NCBI GenBank assembly: GCA_040954595.2 | Contig: CM082589.2 | Coordinates: forward strand, 8,940,894-9,004,893 | Source of the DNA: Balanoglossus misakiensis | Lineage: Eukaryota > Animalia > Hemichordata | DNA length: 64,000 bases | Direction: 5' to 3' | Part shown: positions 38,256-53,435 of the stretch, piece after piece | Layout of the letters: every line of letters starts with the position of its first letter | Numbering within the stretch: position 1 is the first letter of the stretch | Program-made: the position numbers and the translations under genes | The notes under the pieces: generated by a model | The model's database searches: none | Told to the model about the DNA's origin: nothing | The model's input: only the letters and a program-made list of their open reading frames with translations

Positions 38256-41200
38256 ATGGTAAATTATTGCAATGTATACAAGTGCTGTAATCGATCTGAT
38301 AGGCAGTCTGATCGAAGTTACTTTAGACTTCCTGCTGTGATAACAAACCAAGGCGAAGTTTGCCAAGATTTGTCAAGTCGACGCCGCCAAAAGTGGTTGG
38401 CAAACATCGACCAAGACTTTGCCAGAAAAAAAACTGGCAAACATTCGGGTTTGTTCAGATCATTTCATTGGAAGTAAGTAAAATTTGACACATGTTCTTT
38501 TCTGGCATTAGCCTGACATGCAAACTGTTTTTTTAGTTGGTCTGCTGAATTTTGTTGTTGTTTTAAAAACAAAAAAGAAATACGCGCCGGCCGGCGGCAG
38601 CAGACGACAGTGTTCGTTGCGTAGCAACACGTACACAACTTTTGATAATAACCTGACTGTTGACCTCGAAGACCTTCTATGCGAATGCCAGGCATACTTA
38701 GACTGAACTTTCTGCAGGAAATAGTGGAATACTGGATAGTTTGTGATCAGTGGATATATTTCTGATCCAAATAAAGTAGTTATAAATTTGCATAAAACAA
38801 TATTTATGGTCTTCTTTTATTATTGTTTTATTTAAATCTAAAAGTGATCTTGTCATAGATTTCCTTGTCCACAAAAGTGTTACTAGTACCACTAAACCTT
38901 AAACCATATCACTACAGGAAAACCAGCAGACCTGTATGATTCCAATAACCCTGACTGGGCACCAACTATAGATATGGGAAATCATAAAGTCCTGTCAACA
39001 CCAGTGTATGGCAAGCCTCAGGGGTCTTAAGTATAGCAATAGTAGTATATAATGTTGAAGTAGTACGATTATATTTTGATTCATTAATATATTATAATAA
39101 ATAGTAGTATATAATGTTGAAGTAGTACGATTATATTTTGATTCGTTAATATATTATAATAAATAGTAGTATATAATGTTGAAGTAGTACGATTATATTT
39201 TGATTCGTTAATATATTATAAATAAATAGTAGTATATAATGTTGAAGTAGTACGATTATATTTTGATTCGTTAATTCGGGGGGGGGGGGGTCATCATATT
39301 TTTGGGTCTGTCAAAGGGGGGGGGCATCATTTTTTGGTTCTGGGTGAAGGGGGGGGGGTCGGCCTGATTTTGAGAACCGATGACACAAACTTGCCGGCCC
39401 CCCCCCCTGCCGTAAAAACTGAACGGTCCCTTAGGGGGCAGAAGTAGACAGGGAAAGGATTTTGCTTCGATAAAATCGAATTTCGGCCGAAAAAGCTGCA
39501 GAAGTACCAGTTTTTTTCTATGGCGCCTTGCAGGGCTGTGGTGGAGGCCGTGTAACGCCGGGAACACACAGACCTGTACGCAGAGCTAGGCCGGTGACGG
39601 CTGAGTTGCTTCCTTGCAAAGGTCTCGGAGTCGCACTCGATCACCTGCTCTTGTAACTCCCAATCTCTTTATTTCCCCTTCCGTCATGGAAAGAACGGTG
39701 GCAGCTTCAACCCGCTCATTGCCAAATTTATCTCCTGCAATATTGCCTCGATGTCCATCTCTTTCGACTGCGACTGAGACGCACAAAACAAACGGAAAAC
39801 ACGGAAAATGGCCGACAGCAAAAATTGTGCGCCCTCTGGTGAGGTGGAAGTGAAGGTTGTAAACAAGTAAATAATAATAATACTTGCAAAGTATCTTAAA
39901 ATCTTAGAGTCTCTGAATAGCTTAAACATACGCCCTCTATATATAATACCATGTTTAAATAATATAGAGATGAATGTTATTATATTAATAATGTTTGTAA
40001 ATAATATTTTATATAATATACACAGTGTTACCATTAATAGAGTCAAGTTTATTTATAATATATTAACGAATCAAAATATAATCGTACTACTTCAACATTA
40101 TATACTACTATTTATTTATAATATATTAACGAATCAAAATATAATCGTACTACTTCAACATTATATACTACTATTTATTTATAATATATTAACGAATCAA
40201 AATATAATCGTACTACTTCAACATTATATACTACTATTTATTTATAATATATTAACGAATCAAAATATAATCGTACTACTTCAACATTATATACTACTAT
40301 TTATTATAATATATTAATGAATCAAAATATAATCGTACTACTTCAACATTATATACTACTATTGCTATACTTAAGACCCCTGAGGCTTGCCATACCAGTG
40401 TCAAGCCAAAAAAGATATATAAGACAGCAGGAAAGAGAAGCGAAAAGAAGGGTAGTCGTTAGTGTATCAGCTACAGATGAAGCACCAGCTGCATGCCACG
40501 ATGGTAGTACTGGTAGCAACAGACGAGATATGGGAACACAAACAGATATTGATGGAATTCTTTTTGACAGAAGAATTGCAACAGTTGAGACAAGAGAAGA
40601 TGGACTTACAGACTCACATGCTTGGTCGGTCCAAGTCATTTTCAGACTATCGTCTCGATGACTTGAGCAATGAAGATGAAAAAGTGTGTCATTCTTTCTG
40701 GTGTTCTCCACGTTATATAATTATCTTGAGCCATACCTCCCAAATAAAAAATCAATGACCAGATTTCAAATTTTATTTATGGTACTTATGCGTTTACTTC
40801 TGAATTTGGCTGAGCAGTTCCTTGCTTATGAGTTTCATGTTTCACAATCGACAATTTCTAGATTTTTTTGTGATGTCATTAATGTATTGTATGCCAGGAC
40901 AAAACATTTTGTTTTCTGGCCTTCACGTGATGTTCTTCAAAAGACTATGCCACTTGAATTTGTCAGATATTTTGGAAGGAAGATTGCTGTAATTATAGAT
41001 TGTTTTGAAGTTATCATTGAGAGGCCATCAAATCTTATGGCCAGAGCCCAGACATGGTCGTCATACAAACATCATAATACTGTTAAGTTTTTATTAGGTA
41101 TAACACCACAAGGTGCAATTTCTTTCATTTCAAAGGCATGGGGTGGGCGGGTCTCAGATAAATTCATTACAGAACAATCAGGTTTTTTAAGAAATATTTT

Positions 41201-41534
41201 ACCAGGAGATATTATCTTAGCTGACAGGGGTTTTAATATTCATGATTCACTTGGAAGTATATGTGCATCAGCTAAAATACCAGCATTCACCAGAGGGAAA
41301 AATCAATTATCACCCCTTGAAATAGAAGCAACCCGAAAAATAGCCCACTGCAGAATTCACGTAGAATGAGTTATTGGTAGTGTCCGTCAGAAATATACAA
41401 TTTTAAACAGCACTCTCCCCATTGATTATCTGATGACGAGGGAGGGGCAAACATTATCAATGATTGACAAAATATGTCATGTAAGCTGTGCACTTACAAA
41501 TTTATGTGAGCCCATTGTAAATGTTAAAAAGTAA
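38256..41534 (+). pseudogene. THAP + DDE_Tnp_4 transposase pseudogene (copy 2, with N-terminus)
   Basis: Exon 1 (38256-38473) reads MVNYCNVYKCCNRS...YFRLP...RRQKWL, frameshifts in a poly-A run, then RVCSDHF (THAP C2CH). A GT-AG intron spans 38474-38917. Exon 2 reads KPADLYDSNNPDWAPT and is interrupted at 39007-40394. The core has [33 protein letters not shown] and RIHVE*VIG (stop at 41367-41369), and ends VSCALTNL...KK*. Confidence 0.92.
39007..40394. mobile_element. IS3EU-like element, copy 2
   Basis: Same TIRs; TSD CCAGTG at 39001-39006 and 40395-40400. Confidence 0.8.
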
Positions 41535-42233
41535 AATAGTTCACAAATGTTTCTCAATGTCAGACTTGACCATTAAATTTTTAAATTCCTTTGCAGTTCT
41601 TGTAATTACTCAGCCTAGCCGGCTGTCACAAGACATCGGTATTTCATTGTTATATATATTCCGGAAATATTTGGAAAGTTCTAGAAGGTCATTCGAATGT
41701 CAAGTTCTGGAGTTGTTCTGGAGTCGCGTTGAGCGATTGTACCAGCAGAGTGAATAAAGTTCACTGGTATTTTCACGGTGAAGACTTGCTATTGCGATAG
41801 TCTGTGTGTTTCCTTCAGTGTTACAGGGAGGTATGGCTCAATATTTTCTGTACTTTTGTCAACTCTTTTCTCGTTCTAGTAAATAAATACGCCACGTTGG
41901 CTTTTGCACTTTACTTTTCTTGTTTTGTGCACTCCCTCATCCAGGTGTATGGTTGTTACCCTTATTGATCAAACATTTTGTTATTCTATGTCCCTTGTGA
42001 GAACCTTCCAAAAAACATAGATTTTGATAGAATGATTTAGAAAACATCATTATATTGTAGAGAGGGTGTGTGTGTGAGGGCGTAATAACAACTGTAAGGT
42101 CAGGACACAATAATGTTTGATGCCAAATATGTGTTTTATTGCACTTCATGATTCATGATGTGACAATGACAATGTGACAACATTTCTGTTGTCAAAGTTT
42201 TCCATCATCTTTCCATTACTGTCTATTAAAACA

Positions 42234-43499
42234 TTACTTCCTTCGACGATGAAACTGTGGAAGCTTTCTGCAATCAGGACAATACAATTTTTTGGTTTTT
42301 GGTGCCCTACTTATCTTTAAACATTCAAAATGAAACCACTTTAATTGGCAGTTTTCATTATCACAACATACCATGTTCCCTGATTCAAATTGCTGACAGT
42401 AACAGTACAGGTTATCATCATTGGAATTCGCACCAATAGTGCTTGTATTTGGATCAATTCTTTTTAGAGTATTGTCAATATTCGGTAACTTTGAGTAAAA
42501 TTTCCCAACTAATTCTGGAAGAATAGCTGTTCTAAATATGTATTCAGCCTTTTCACATGCAAAAGTCCTCATCAAACTGGATAACCTCAACATGGATATT
42601 CTTTTCAGTCCAAACCACAAAATAGCCAAAATCATACTGGCAAACTCCCAATTGTGTCTGGACCTGATAGTAATATGCATGCTTCTTATCTAATTTGAGA
42701 ATGCCATCATCCTCTTTTTGCAAACAAAAACCACTACTGATGGCATCAGGTATTTCACTATCTCTTTTACAGTAGGGACATTTTATTTCAAGGCACCCCA
42801 CTCCACAACAGTCACACGTGACAATCCCACCAGGGGAAGCTCCCAAATGTGGCCAATCAGGGTTAATAATCAAACCACAATCCTTTACCAAAACATTATC
42901 ATGTTGCTTTGATATGTCAAATATGAATTTCTCTCTTGCTGTTTTTTCATGCTTGCAACCCCAAGTTGTGGCTTGTGAAAAAAACGTTATACTTTCTGGA
43001 TGACAGATGCTCATGATTAAACTATGAGATGGGCTAGCTGGATCAGTATGGCATACTGACTTCATTTTAGATGCAGTTACTCGGCCTTCTCTGAAATGAA
43101 ACCACAACTGAGAGTTTGCCTGATCACGTGTATTTCTTTCAACAGCTGCAGACTGTTCACTGATCATTTTTCAGTGATGTCAAATTAATAGGAAAGTTAT
43201 CACTAGAAGACTTCGGTAAGTAATCATCACAATAAGGGGAAGAAGTTGTCAAAATTGCTGCACGTGTGTTGGTACTTTGGAGTTCTCTGCAGAACTCTGC
43301 CATATCCAGCTCAGATGCAAGTGGAACAGGGGTTGTATCACTAACACATGCCTGATTTACTGCCTGATTTACTCTATCACTGGAACCCTCAAGCGAAGAA
43401 GTCAAAAGTTTCTTTTTCGATTTTGCGGACGTAAAGTCTATATCACACACTTCTCTATATTCCACTTTTTGTACTCCACTCGGTAGCAGCCAATATCCT
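42234..43499 (-). pseudogene. YqaJ-like exonuclease + PHD finger pseudogene, copy 2
   Basis: Same frameshifts as copy 1. The catalytic ASPDG is ASPGG here, and the PHD His is intact (WFHFECL). Confidence 0.9.
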
Positions 43500-43672
43500 T
43501 AAGATGAAATTCTCACCCTCAATTTTACACCAACACTGGTACAGCATTTTGCGAGAAAATGGCGAGGAACGCACACTTTCTCGCTGTTCCGCGAGAACCA
43601 TGCGAGAACACAATATCCTCGCAAAAGGTAAGCGAGATTTGTGTTTTCTCGCAATAGGTCAGCGAGAATTAA

Positions 43673-45114
43673 TCAGCTATCGTCACTCCACTCCTGAAGA
43701 AACCGTCCCTGGATTTCAATATACTCAAGAATTATCGCCCTGTTTCCAATCTTCCATTTCTTTCCAAAGTACTCGAGAAGATCGTCGCGGCTCATATCAC
43801 TGACTACCTCACCAAAAGCTCTCTCCAGGTACCATTACAGTCAGCATACAGAAAATACCACAGTACAGAAACTGCACTTCTGAAAGTACACACTTCTCAT
43901 CCTCCTTGATCTCTCCGGTGCTTTTGACACAATTGATCACAATATACTACTTCATCGACTCTCGCATCTTGGTATCTCCGATGTCGTACTCAAAAGGTTC
44001 ACTTCATATTTAAAGCAACGGGAACAGTCTGTTAAAATCAACGATGTCATCAGTGAACCATCAGAACTCAGCTTCGGCGTCCCTCAGGGCTCAGTTCTCG
44101 GGCCTCTCTTGTTTACTATCTACATTGCTCCACTATCAAATTTGATACACAAGCACAATCTACATTTTCACCAGTACGCAGATGACAACCAGCTTTATCT
44201 TTCATTTTCTCATCATGACTCTCCCGCAGCCCTGTCTTCGATTGAAACCTGCATTCTCGACATCAAGGAATGGATGACCCATAATAAACTCCAGCTTAAT
44301 GTCAGTAAAACCGAAGTCCTTCTGATTCGCTCCAAGTTTAACACGTCACCAGATCCTATTAACAGTGTCAACATTGGTTCCAATTCTGTCACACCAGTCT
44401 CATCTGCTCGCAATATAGTCATGATCTTCGACAGTAATCACATGTTCAGTCAGCACATAAAGTACACCTGCAAATCGATCTACAGTCACCTCCGCCGAAT
44501 TGGATCTATACGACGTTACATCACCAACGAGACTTGCCAAACCTTAGTACATGCAACTCTATCTGCCAAACTTGACTACTGTAACTCACTCCTGTATGGT
44601 CTCCCAGAAAACACAATCGCCCTACTTCAAAGAGCTCAGAATACTTCAGCCAGAATAGTCATGCGCACTAGGAAATTCACGCCTATCACTCCAGTTCTTG
44701 CCCAGCTCCATTGGTTACCAGTTCGTCTCAGGATCGACTACAAAATTTTGTTGATAACTTTTAAAGTTATCCATAACCAGAATCCCGCTTACATCAGTGA
44801 TCTACTGTAGCCATACACTCCCACTCGTACACTGCGTTCATCCACCAAGAAACTCTTAACATACACAACCTACAAAAACAAGACCTATGGCGGCCGTGCC
44901 TTCTCCTATGCAGCCCCTAAACTGTGGAACGCACTACCTCTTGACATCAGGGAATCAACAAACCTGGAGACTTTCAAAAGAAAACTGAAAACTCATATGT
45001 TCGAAAGAGCATACAGTGTGGTTTAACCATGTGCGTCATTGGGCAAAATTTCTTGTTTTGGATTTTGGCGCTATATAAACTTTGTGTTGATAGATTGATT
45101 GATTGATTGATTGG
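43673..45114 (+). mobile_element. L2-type LINE fragment, copy 2
   Basis: As copy 1; retains the consensus GVPQGSVLGP. Confidence 0.92.
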
Positions 45115-45185
45115 GAATTAACTTTTCTCGCGCTGCATATGCGAGAAATTTAATTCTCACAGTCAACCGCGTGTAGCCAATGTAA

Positions 45186-46216
45186 GGGAGCATTCGTTTT
45201 TTACAGGGAGGGGGGGGGGCGGTGGAATTTGAGTCGCCGACTAAATGTAAAAGGCAACCCCCCCTGGACATTACTTTTCTAAAATGTGACCCCCCCCCCC
45301 CAAAAAAAAAAGTTTATCCACCGGATTAAACTTATCAAACTTTGTCAGATATTGGTGTATGTTCGACATACCACATAATCAACCATGAAACCTAGTTCCT
45401 TGATTTCCAAGTAGTGCATTGTCTGCCTGATCTTGTTACGTGAAAGAGTTCATTTTCAATGTCGCCGCTATCACTTTCTGAGTCACTTTCCGCTGAATCA
45501 CCTAGTTCACCTATCACTACATGTTCATCTTCTGGTTCACTGTCCTCGTCCGAGTCATCCTCTTCATCCTCCTGCTCATCCTCCTCTTTGTCTCTCTCAT
45601 GGTTTACTCTGAGACTTTCCAGAGTTGTTTGACACAGTTTCCGGCCAATGTGCGCTTCAACTATTTTCAGTTTGTCTTTTTTCAGCATCTTTTTCTCTGT
45701 TGTCAATTTATGTCTGTTCATTTACATGTCTACTGAACATTGTTTTTATTTTTTAAGTATTTGTATTCTGTGTTGGGAGACATTGTAAACCGAGAATTGA
45801 AGGGGTGGGTTTGGGAGGGGGTGTCCCCCTCCCACGTAAGAAAATTTTATAAAATACAGAGCTCAAAGCTGCATTTTAATGAATCCAGCAAAAGCAAATT
45901 AATGTCGCCGCTCCAAGTTATCATGGGGTGGGGGCAAGTCCCCTGACCTGGGACACTAGATAAACCAGTCAATGATTGAAAGGTGTCCCCCTCCCACATT
46001 AGAAAATTTTGTAAAATAAAGGACGCGAAACTGCATTTTTGTGGACTCAAAATAAATATTTAGCCGTCAAAGTTTTCAAGTCCCCCCTTTCAGTCCCTAT
46101 ATAATAATCCCTTGATTATAAAATTTGTCCCCCCCTAAAAACTGCTTTGTAAAAGTAACCCCCCCCCCCCTGATTTCCACCGCCCCTCCCCCTCCCTGTA
46201 AAAAACGAATGCTCCC
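45186..46216. mobile_element. Harbinger-like MITE with TAA TSD, copy 2
   Basis: Same TIR and TSD; carries a ~32 bp internal deletion near 45985. Confidence 0.85.
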
Positions 46217-49200
46217 TAAGGTCTGGAAAAGAGTATACAGATAAAGATGCAAAGTGGGTAAACTATTTTCTCGCGACTGACTGCAATACTTCACTTGCAG
46301 ATTTCTCGCTGGACCTGTTGCGATGAAGATTGTGTTCTTGCATGCTTGAACAGCGACAAAGTGTCCGGGACTCCGTTCCTCGCCATTTTCTCACACAATG
46401 CTGTTACTAGTGCAATCTGTACACAAATGAACCATGTGACCATTTGGAACAAATTAACTTCATTAATTAGTTGACACACTCTCTTTGCGATGACGACCAT
46501 CTTGCCCGCAGACTTTGCGAGCTGTACGTTCGCGAACGAGGCTGGTAGGCGTAACTTCTTTGCAAAATTAGATACATGAGATGAGGGCACCTCGTGCTGA
46601 CCTCAGGAGGGGACTCAGTCTGTGTAGGACTTCGGACGCTGTTACAGTCTTAGGGTTTATCGCTATACAGTCATCAGTAAAGACCTCTCCGTTTGCATGA
46701 TGATTGTCGCTAGCAGTGTTGGTAGACTCAATTTTGGTATTGTGTCGAAGAATCACCACAGGCCGCACCGAAAATCAACTTGCGAAAATCTCTTTTTTTG
46801 AGACACGTCGTACTCTGGGCACTGTTCACTCAGATCAGTACATGTCCTCTAGTGTTAATGTCGCATTTAGTCTATCAGAACAGTTATTGAACAGCAGTAG
46901 GACAAACCTCCAAATTTAGCGACTGCCTACAATATGTCTGCGCATGCTCAGACCCTGTATTTGCATATAGTGACGTCCCTGGCATGGAAATGCGGAAGTA
47001 TTTGTCGAAGTTCGCTCTTGGATGTTATCGGCCTGTTATTGACGTTATGTACATCGACTTTCGGGTATTTTCGGTTTGACTTGTACGTCACACCCTCCCT
47101 TCCAGCATGGCGTAAAACATTTCAGTCGAATTTCATGAAAATCGATGTCCGTGTGACTATTTGCCCGCCATGATTCGAATCGACATAACAAGCAATAGAA
47201 CGTACCAGTTTAAAAACAATCGATCTGAACCTTCTATACCTAGTTTAAGTCAATTGACCTGTTGTTTCATGTTCCATATACAGTGTTGAACGAAACAATG
47301 TCTTCAAACAGCAGATTATCTAATGGGGGACAATGGGGGACGGTTTTTGCGAATGGTTTGCTCACTTCCGGTGCGCTAGATTTGTCAAAGCGCGTTTTCA
47401 CGTGTACGGGTATAGGTACATGCATGTACATATTTCAATTGAACTTGTTTTTCAATGTTTTGAAAGGATCGGGTAGGTGACTCTGCTTTCTGAACCGTGC
47501 CTCTTTCTTCCCCAACAGGTCCAACTACACGTGGTCCTAGTGGCCAAGTTATCAACGTGATTTTTGAAAACCTGATATGGTAATTTATTCCTACAGTTTT
47601 CCTAAGTTTGGAGTGATCAACAACTTTGGTTACCTCCTCAAGTGAGATGTCATGATCTAAAACAGTACTATGATGGTAGCCTTCTGTCAACTGCATTTCT
47701 AGTTTCATTTCATGTTAGTAATGTGTGGTTCAGTTGCTATTTACATTACACAAAGACTATGAAGCCCTTTCTGAATTCCATTGTTCTCAATAAATTACAC
47801 AAACACATGATGTACAGAAATGAATATATTTAAATCTTTATTTCTTAAAACCTGGCAACAAACAAACAAATAAGTGTGTATAAACATGAATAAATATTTC
47901 AACTTTTAATAAAAAATATGGTCTCTTGATTCATTTTTGATCAGCCCCCTTCCCCCATCATTGATTCTACTCATGTAAATGTGTTTGTTTGCATAATTTA
48001 GACGGCGTCGCTTGTTCACTAAATATTCTATCAGAACAGTTATTGAACAGAGCTAGGGACGGGATGATATTCCATTAGCATTCACTAGGGGATATCCATG
48101 TGTACAGTCATGACAGTCATTGAACAGAGCTACATGGTAGAACATTTTATCATCGTTATTGTACTGAAACAGGAGTGGGAATGACATGTTATTCTCTGTC
48201 ATAGAAAAGAGCTATGGGTCAGCATAACATTGTATGGGGAGAGGCAACATATTTTTTGTCACTATGTCAGTCATAGTTCAACTACTACTAAATAACAAGA
48301 CAATGTTTGGAAGCAACTATGGATATTTTAGAACAAACAGCCGATCTACAGAGTCTACCGGAAAACTTTCTTATTCGCTCGGGCAGTGTGTTCTACGCAT
48401 GACAACTAAATATGCAAATAACGAGACGGCGTTTGGAAGCAACCATGGATATTTTAGAACAACCGTCGATCTAGCTACAGCGTATACCGGAAAACGTTCT
48501 TATTCGCTCGGGCCAGTGTGTTCTACGCATCACAACTGATGCAAATAACAAGACAGCGTTTGGAAGCGACCATGGGTATTTTAGAACAAACAGCCGATCT
48601 ACAGAGTCTACCGGAAAAATTTCTTATTCGCTCGGGCCAATGTGGTCTACGCATCACAACGGAATATGCAAACAACGTGACGGCGTTTGGAAGCAACCAT
48701 GGATATTTTATAACAAACAGTCGATCTACAGAGTCTACCGGAAAACTTTCTTATTCGCTCGGGCCAGTGTGTTCTACACATCACAACTGAATATGCAAAT
48801 AACAAGACAGCGTTTGGAAGCATCCATGGATATTTTAGAACAAACCGTCGATCTACAGAGTCTACCGGAAAACTTTCTTATTCGCTCGGACCTGTGTGTT
48901 CTACGCATCACAACTGAATATGCAAATAACGAGACGGCGTTTGGCAGCAGCCATGGATATTTTAGAACAAACCGTCGATCTACAGAGTCTACAGGCCGAT
49001 TTACACGAGGCAACTCGGCAGACAACTCGGCAGGCAACTCGAGTTGCTCGTTGAGTTGCCTCGTGTGTATGATGTAGTCGCGTCGCTGGAACGTGTCTGG
49101 CGACGTCGCCTCGAAATCCGTCGTGTCAGATTTTCGGGCGACGAGTAGCGTGACGCGCAAGCGATTGCCCTGTGATACCTCAATACATGTTGACATCTGC

Positions 49201-52200
49201 ACATGCGAAAATGGTAATAATTTGTTATTTTACGAACCAGAAACTAGCTGTAGACTCCGGAAAATATTGGGTTGATAAGTATTTGCTATGAAATAGGACA
49301 ATTGTATAATATTGTAATAGTTTAATTTTTCAATATAAACTCAAGTTTTTGTGAAATAACATTTCAATTAATTTTCTTTCCTGTGACGGTACGGAAATAA
49401 ACTACTGTTAATTTCCGTGAAAATGGTTATGACGATTGGCACTTCAATTGGAACGTACTTGGTCCAGCTTGCCAATTCAACAATATCAGATTTTTTTTTT
49501 TTCGTGAGGTTCATTGTGTTTGTTTGTTTTATATATATATTTTTTTTTGGGGGGGGGGGGGTGCCGTAACCATATATTATAACCAAATTTCAGAGTAAAC
49601 GTCAGATTATAATTATTGTCCAAAGTTCAATAGTTTTGCACAACCTCGAGTCTCCAATGTAGGCTACGTCGTAGAACCCGCTTTTTGGGTAAAAGTTATT
49701 TCTTTGTCTGTGACGACATCATGCATACTCTGGCTCAGCAATCTCGAAAAATGTTGCACCAAAACTTAATATAGCTTTTCACAGAATCATTGAAAGATTG
49801 TGGTTACCTTATGCGGGTACGTTTGTTCAAGTAGACTTGACACCAAATCTTCTCTGTCACTGGAACTCTTTTGACCCCTATGAAACCTATATTTAAATAC
49901 TCACTTTCTTTCTTCCGTATGGTATCAATAAACAAGAAAGACAAACAAAACTTTCACGGGAGAATAGATTTTGTATTTGCAATGACGGCAGTACCGAAAA
50001 CGAGAACCATTTCCTTTTGCAATGTAAATTTAATAACGTTTTAAATTATCTCCCACCCCGGTACTCCACAAACCCGAATCTAGATAAATTTGGAATTGTG
50101 CCGTATTTATTTCCTCATCACAGACTCCCTCTCCAAGCGTACATCATGAACAATTTAGGCAGAAATAATTGGGCCACATCAATTACTAGTACATTTTGTT
50201 TTCATATAGGTTGGGCTATGTCTGGGTGGTGCAAGAAGCTGGAAATAAAAATTCAAGTTGATTTTTATTTGGTTCTATTAACTTTTTTCTCTGTAAAATC
50301 TGAGTAAACGATTGACAGAGAATGTTACTGTAAGTCTATTTTCTGATATGAAGCGGTGGCCTTGAAAAATAGGCCTAATAAAGCATTGTTGTTATATGCG
50401 GCTAGTCTGGCCGTTGGAAATCAGGCTTGCTCAGCGTGGCTGGTGTAACCTTCCCACAGGTTACAAAAAGTACAGAGTGTAATAATGTCATACACGAGTA
50501 GGAGCGCTTTTTCTTCCTCTCTGGGGCTTGGGCCTGGAAGTAAAATCTGAACACTCCATTAGCCCTACGGAACGTTTCAATCAATTTGCTCGTTCCACTC
50601 AGTTTATGTCGAAATGGAAATACTATTCTTAAGATACACTTTCCTCTAACGTGTTTCACCATCTAACAACGGGAACGATGGCGAATTTTGTTTCTTCATA
50701 ACGAGAGTGATGGAACTCTTCGATGATTTGTTTCTATCGGGCCGATGGGCCGATTCCCGGAAGACACGTCACCACAAGAGGGCGCACTATGCAAGCTACT
50801 CGGGAAAGCTCTGAAAGAATGCATGAAAACCAAAAGAATTTGTCCGCTCAATTCAATACAACGCAGTAAATACGTGACCCATCACCTCTTTGTTTTAAAG
50901 CAGATGTGTGTTTACGCATGTAAGTACATTCAATGACAATGGTGTTTGAGGGAAAATTTGACAAAATAAGTAAATTGTATTTATTTCTATATTTCTAGAA
51001 AATTATGAAAACATTTTGGTAACATGTACATAATAATCATCTTATTCGAAGGCACACAAGCAATGAACAACACGTTGTCCCCTCGTTTATATACTTCAAA
51101 CTTTTCACTTTTAGTAATTTTGCTTAGTGTATCTGCTGTTTCTAATTCCAGAAAGTGTGTGGCGTAGGAATTTTATTTATTTTTCCCCCCTATAAGTCAG
51201 TTTTATAGTTTTATCAATATAGTCACATGAATACTGTTCATGCAGTCACTGATCACGCGCCCCTAAGTGTCCAATGTTTTATAGATATAGCTGAAACAGT
51301 GCGAGTTTGCCGTTGCCGTCACCAAAAACCAGAAAAAAGGGGCGACGCGCTGTTATTCAAGTGACGCGGGCGCTGACCAGAAGCATTTCATTTTTTTGCC
51401 TTATCAGATGATTTTGTCTCTTATTTCTTTTTTGGATAATATTGTCTAAGTTGTCTAAGGCAGAGCGTGCCAGAAGCATGCACAACATATGTTATTTGAC
51501 AAAGTGTGGCGCTTTGAAAGGCATATCATTGATGTCAGTGCATCCATGCAAATTTGATTGTTTATATGCATGGTTGTATAACAGTGGTGACATGGTAAAG
51601 AATTTGACCAATCAAAAATAACCTTACGAGAGAGTGCTGCATAACTTCGCAATCTTGGAAGGCTGTTCCTGATTGGTGAGGTTTTTTGACAGCTCAATCT
51701 GCATGCTACCAACAACTGCGTTCAGTTTGTTTCACCTGTTGTTTTATCCTTTACACCTCCTTACGATGTCATTTTCACTTCTGTCTATTTAGCATATCGC
51801 TCAAGGTATTTGCATAACAATAAAACCTTGTCGTTGACGTTCAGTTCGTTTATCGTTCTCCCTTCTGTCCACACGCCTTCATATTCGATCCGCAAACATT
51901 CCCTAGCTTTAGATTTTTTCTCGATTTATTAGTTCTTAGTTTAGTTTTATTGCATTTCCCAGTTCATTATCATATTTCATAGTTTAGATCAGTATTAGTT
52001 TGATATAGAATTTTTTTTCATTCAGTTATCGTTTACAGTCGCATTTCTTTCAAATTTCTTAGTCATTTAGTTAGATAGATTAGTTTATTATATTAGTTCC
52101 GTTTATTATTATATTTTTAGTTAGTATATTTTCTTATTTCAGATTAGTTTTAGTATTAGTATTTTTAGTTGGTTAGTAAGTTAGTTAGATAGTTAGTTAC

Positions 52201-53435
52201 TTAGTAGTTAGTTAGTAAGTTAGTAAGATAGTTAGTTGCTTAGTAGTAAGTTAGTTAGTAAGTTAGTTAGATACTTAGTTAGTTAGTTAGTTAGTTAGTT
52301 TCTTAGTTATAGTTTCAATATTAGTTTTTGTTCGGATTTGTTGCTGTCCCTGGGCCAAAAGATTGAAGTAAGTATAATATATATTGTTAATGATTTTTCC
52401 TTGTGTTTGCGCGCAACTTCCCTTAGGTAGCTGCCAGGGCCCTGTATTATATGTTCTGGTTCGCATTGTGCATGACATATCCGTCTTGTAACAAGAGAAT
52501 CCATAAGCAAGTAGGTTGTATAGAAAGAACGTCAGGGCCGGTTTTCGTTGCAACAATTTGCTCTGTTTTCTGCTTGAGTCAGGCCTACGTGTTGGAATAA
52601 TGGCAGACGGACGTATTCGACATTGAGTGCAGCAATGCCAAAACAATACATGGTTCAAAGCAGCAAGTCGGACCAATTGATATCATAAGAATGTCAAGAT
52701 TTACATGAAGCCTATAGGCCCACCAGGGCCTCTTTAATTGACTATCTCCATACAGTAGAACTAATTACATGGTCTAAACATTAGCGTCGAATGAAATAGA
52801 AAGTAAACCAAGTATTGAGGCACACCGTACACCATGAATAGATCCACGTGGAGGACGGCAGCCAACCGAGTATAAATTACAATCTGTACAAACGCTTTCA
52901 ATTTGTCTTTTCCCATAGGATTGCTAGAAAACCCGCGTCTGCTATTGTCATTTTCATGAACGTTTAGGTCTTCCCATAACTCAGTCAAATGAATTAAAAT
53001 TGAATGGTAGAAAACAATTGAATAGCCAACGCGCTCAATTTCGAGGATAAACTCCGTTGAATATGTTCACCCAAGGGGGAAAACGGAAAATTGTTGCCTC
53101 GGTAGTTTTTATTTTTATTATGATCGACTAATCTCACGGCCTTGAATTTCAAAACCAAGCACGTTTTAACCCCCTGCAATTTATTAGCGATCGAAAAAAT
53201 GCTTACAAAGGAGTGTAAACAACCAGCAACTTGTAAAGAGAAGTGACAAGACTTTCAATTTTACGAATATTCACGCATTAGTATTCTCGCGTACTTGCTC
53301 CATGTCTATACAGCATTTGCCACAATTGACAAATGAGCAAACTCCACTTTTCTGCTAACCACCTTTGGAAATATTTATTATTGGCTTTCGCTGTCCAGCC
53401 GCCATTACTTTTATAGTGTCACTATTTACACTTTA

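Larger units (their letters stand above)
37854..43499. mobile_element. ISL2EU-type (PIF/Harbinger-related) DNA transposon, defective; right end not found
   Basis: Putative left terminus AT|AGAGGGTATGCACGTGACGTCA. A THAP-HTH-DDE transposase gene on + converges on a YqaJ-PHD gene on -, the established two-gene ISL2EU layout. Confidence 0.85.
43534..46412. mobile_element. CACTA-like element, copy 2
   Basis: Same termini and CAA TSD as copy 1. Confidence 0.75.
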
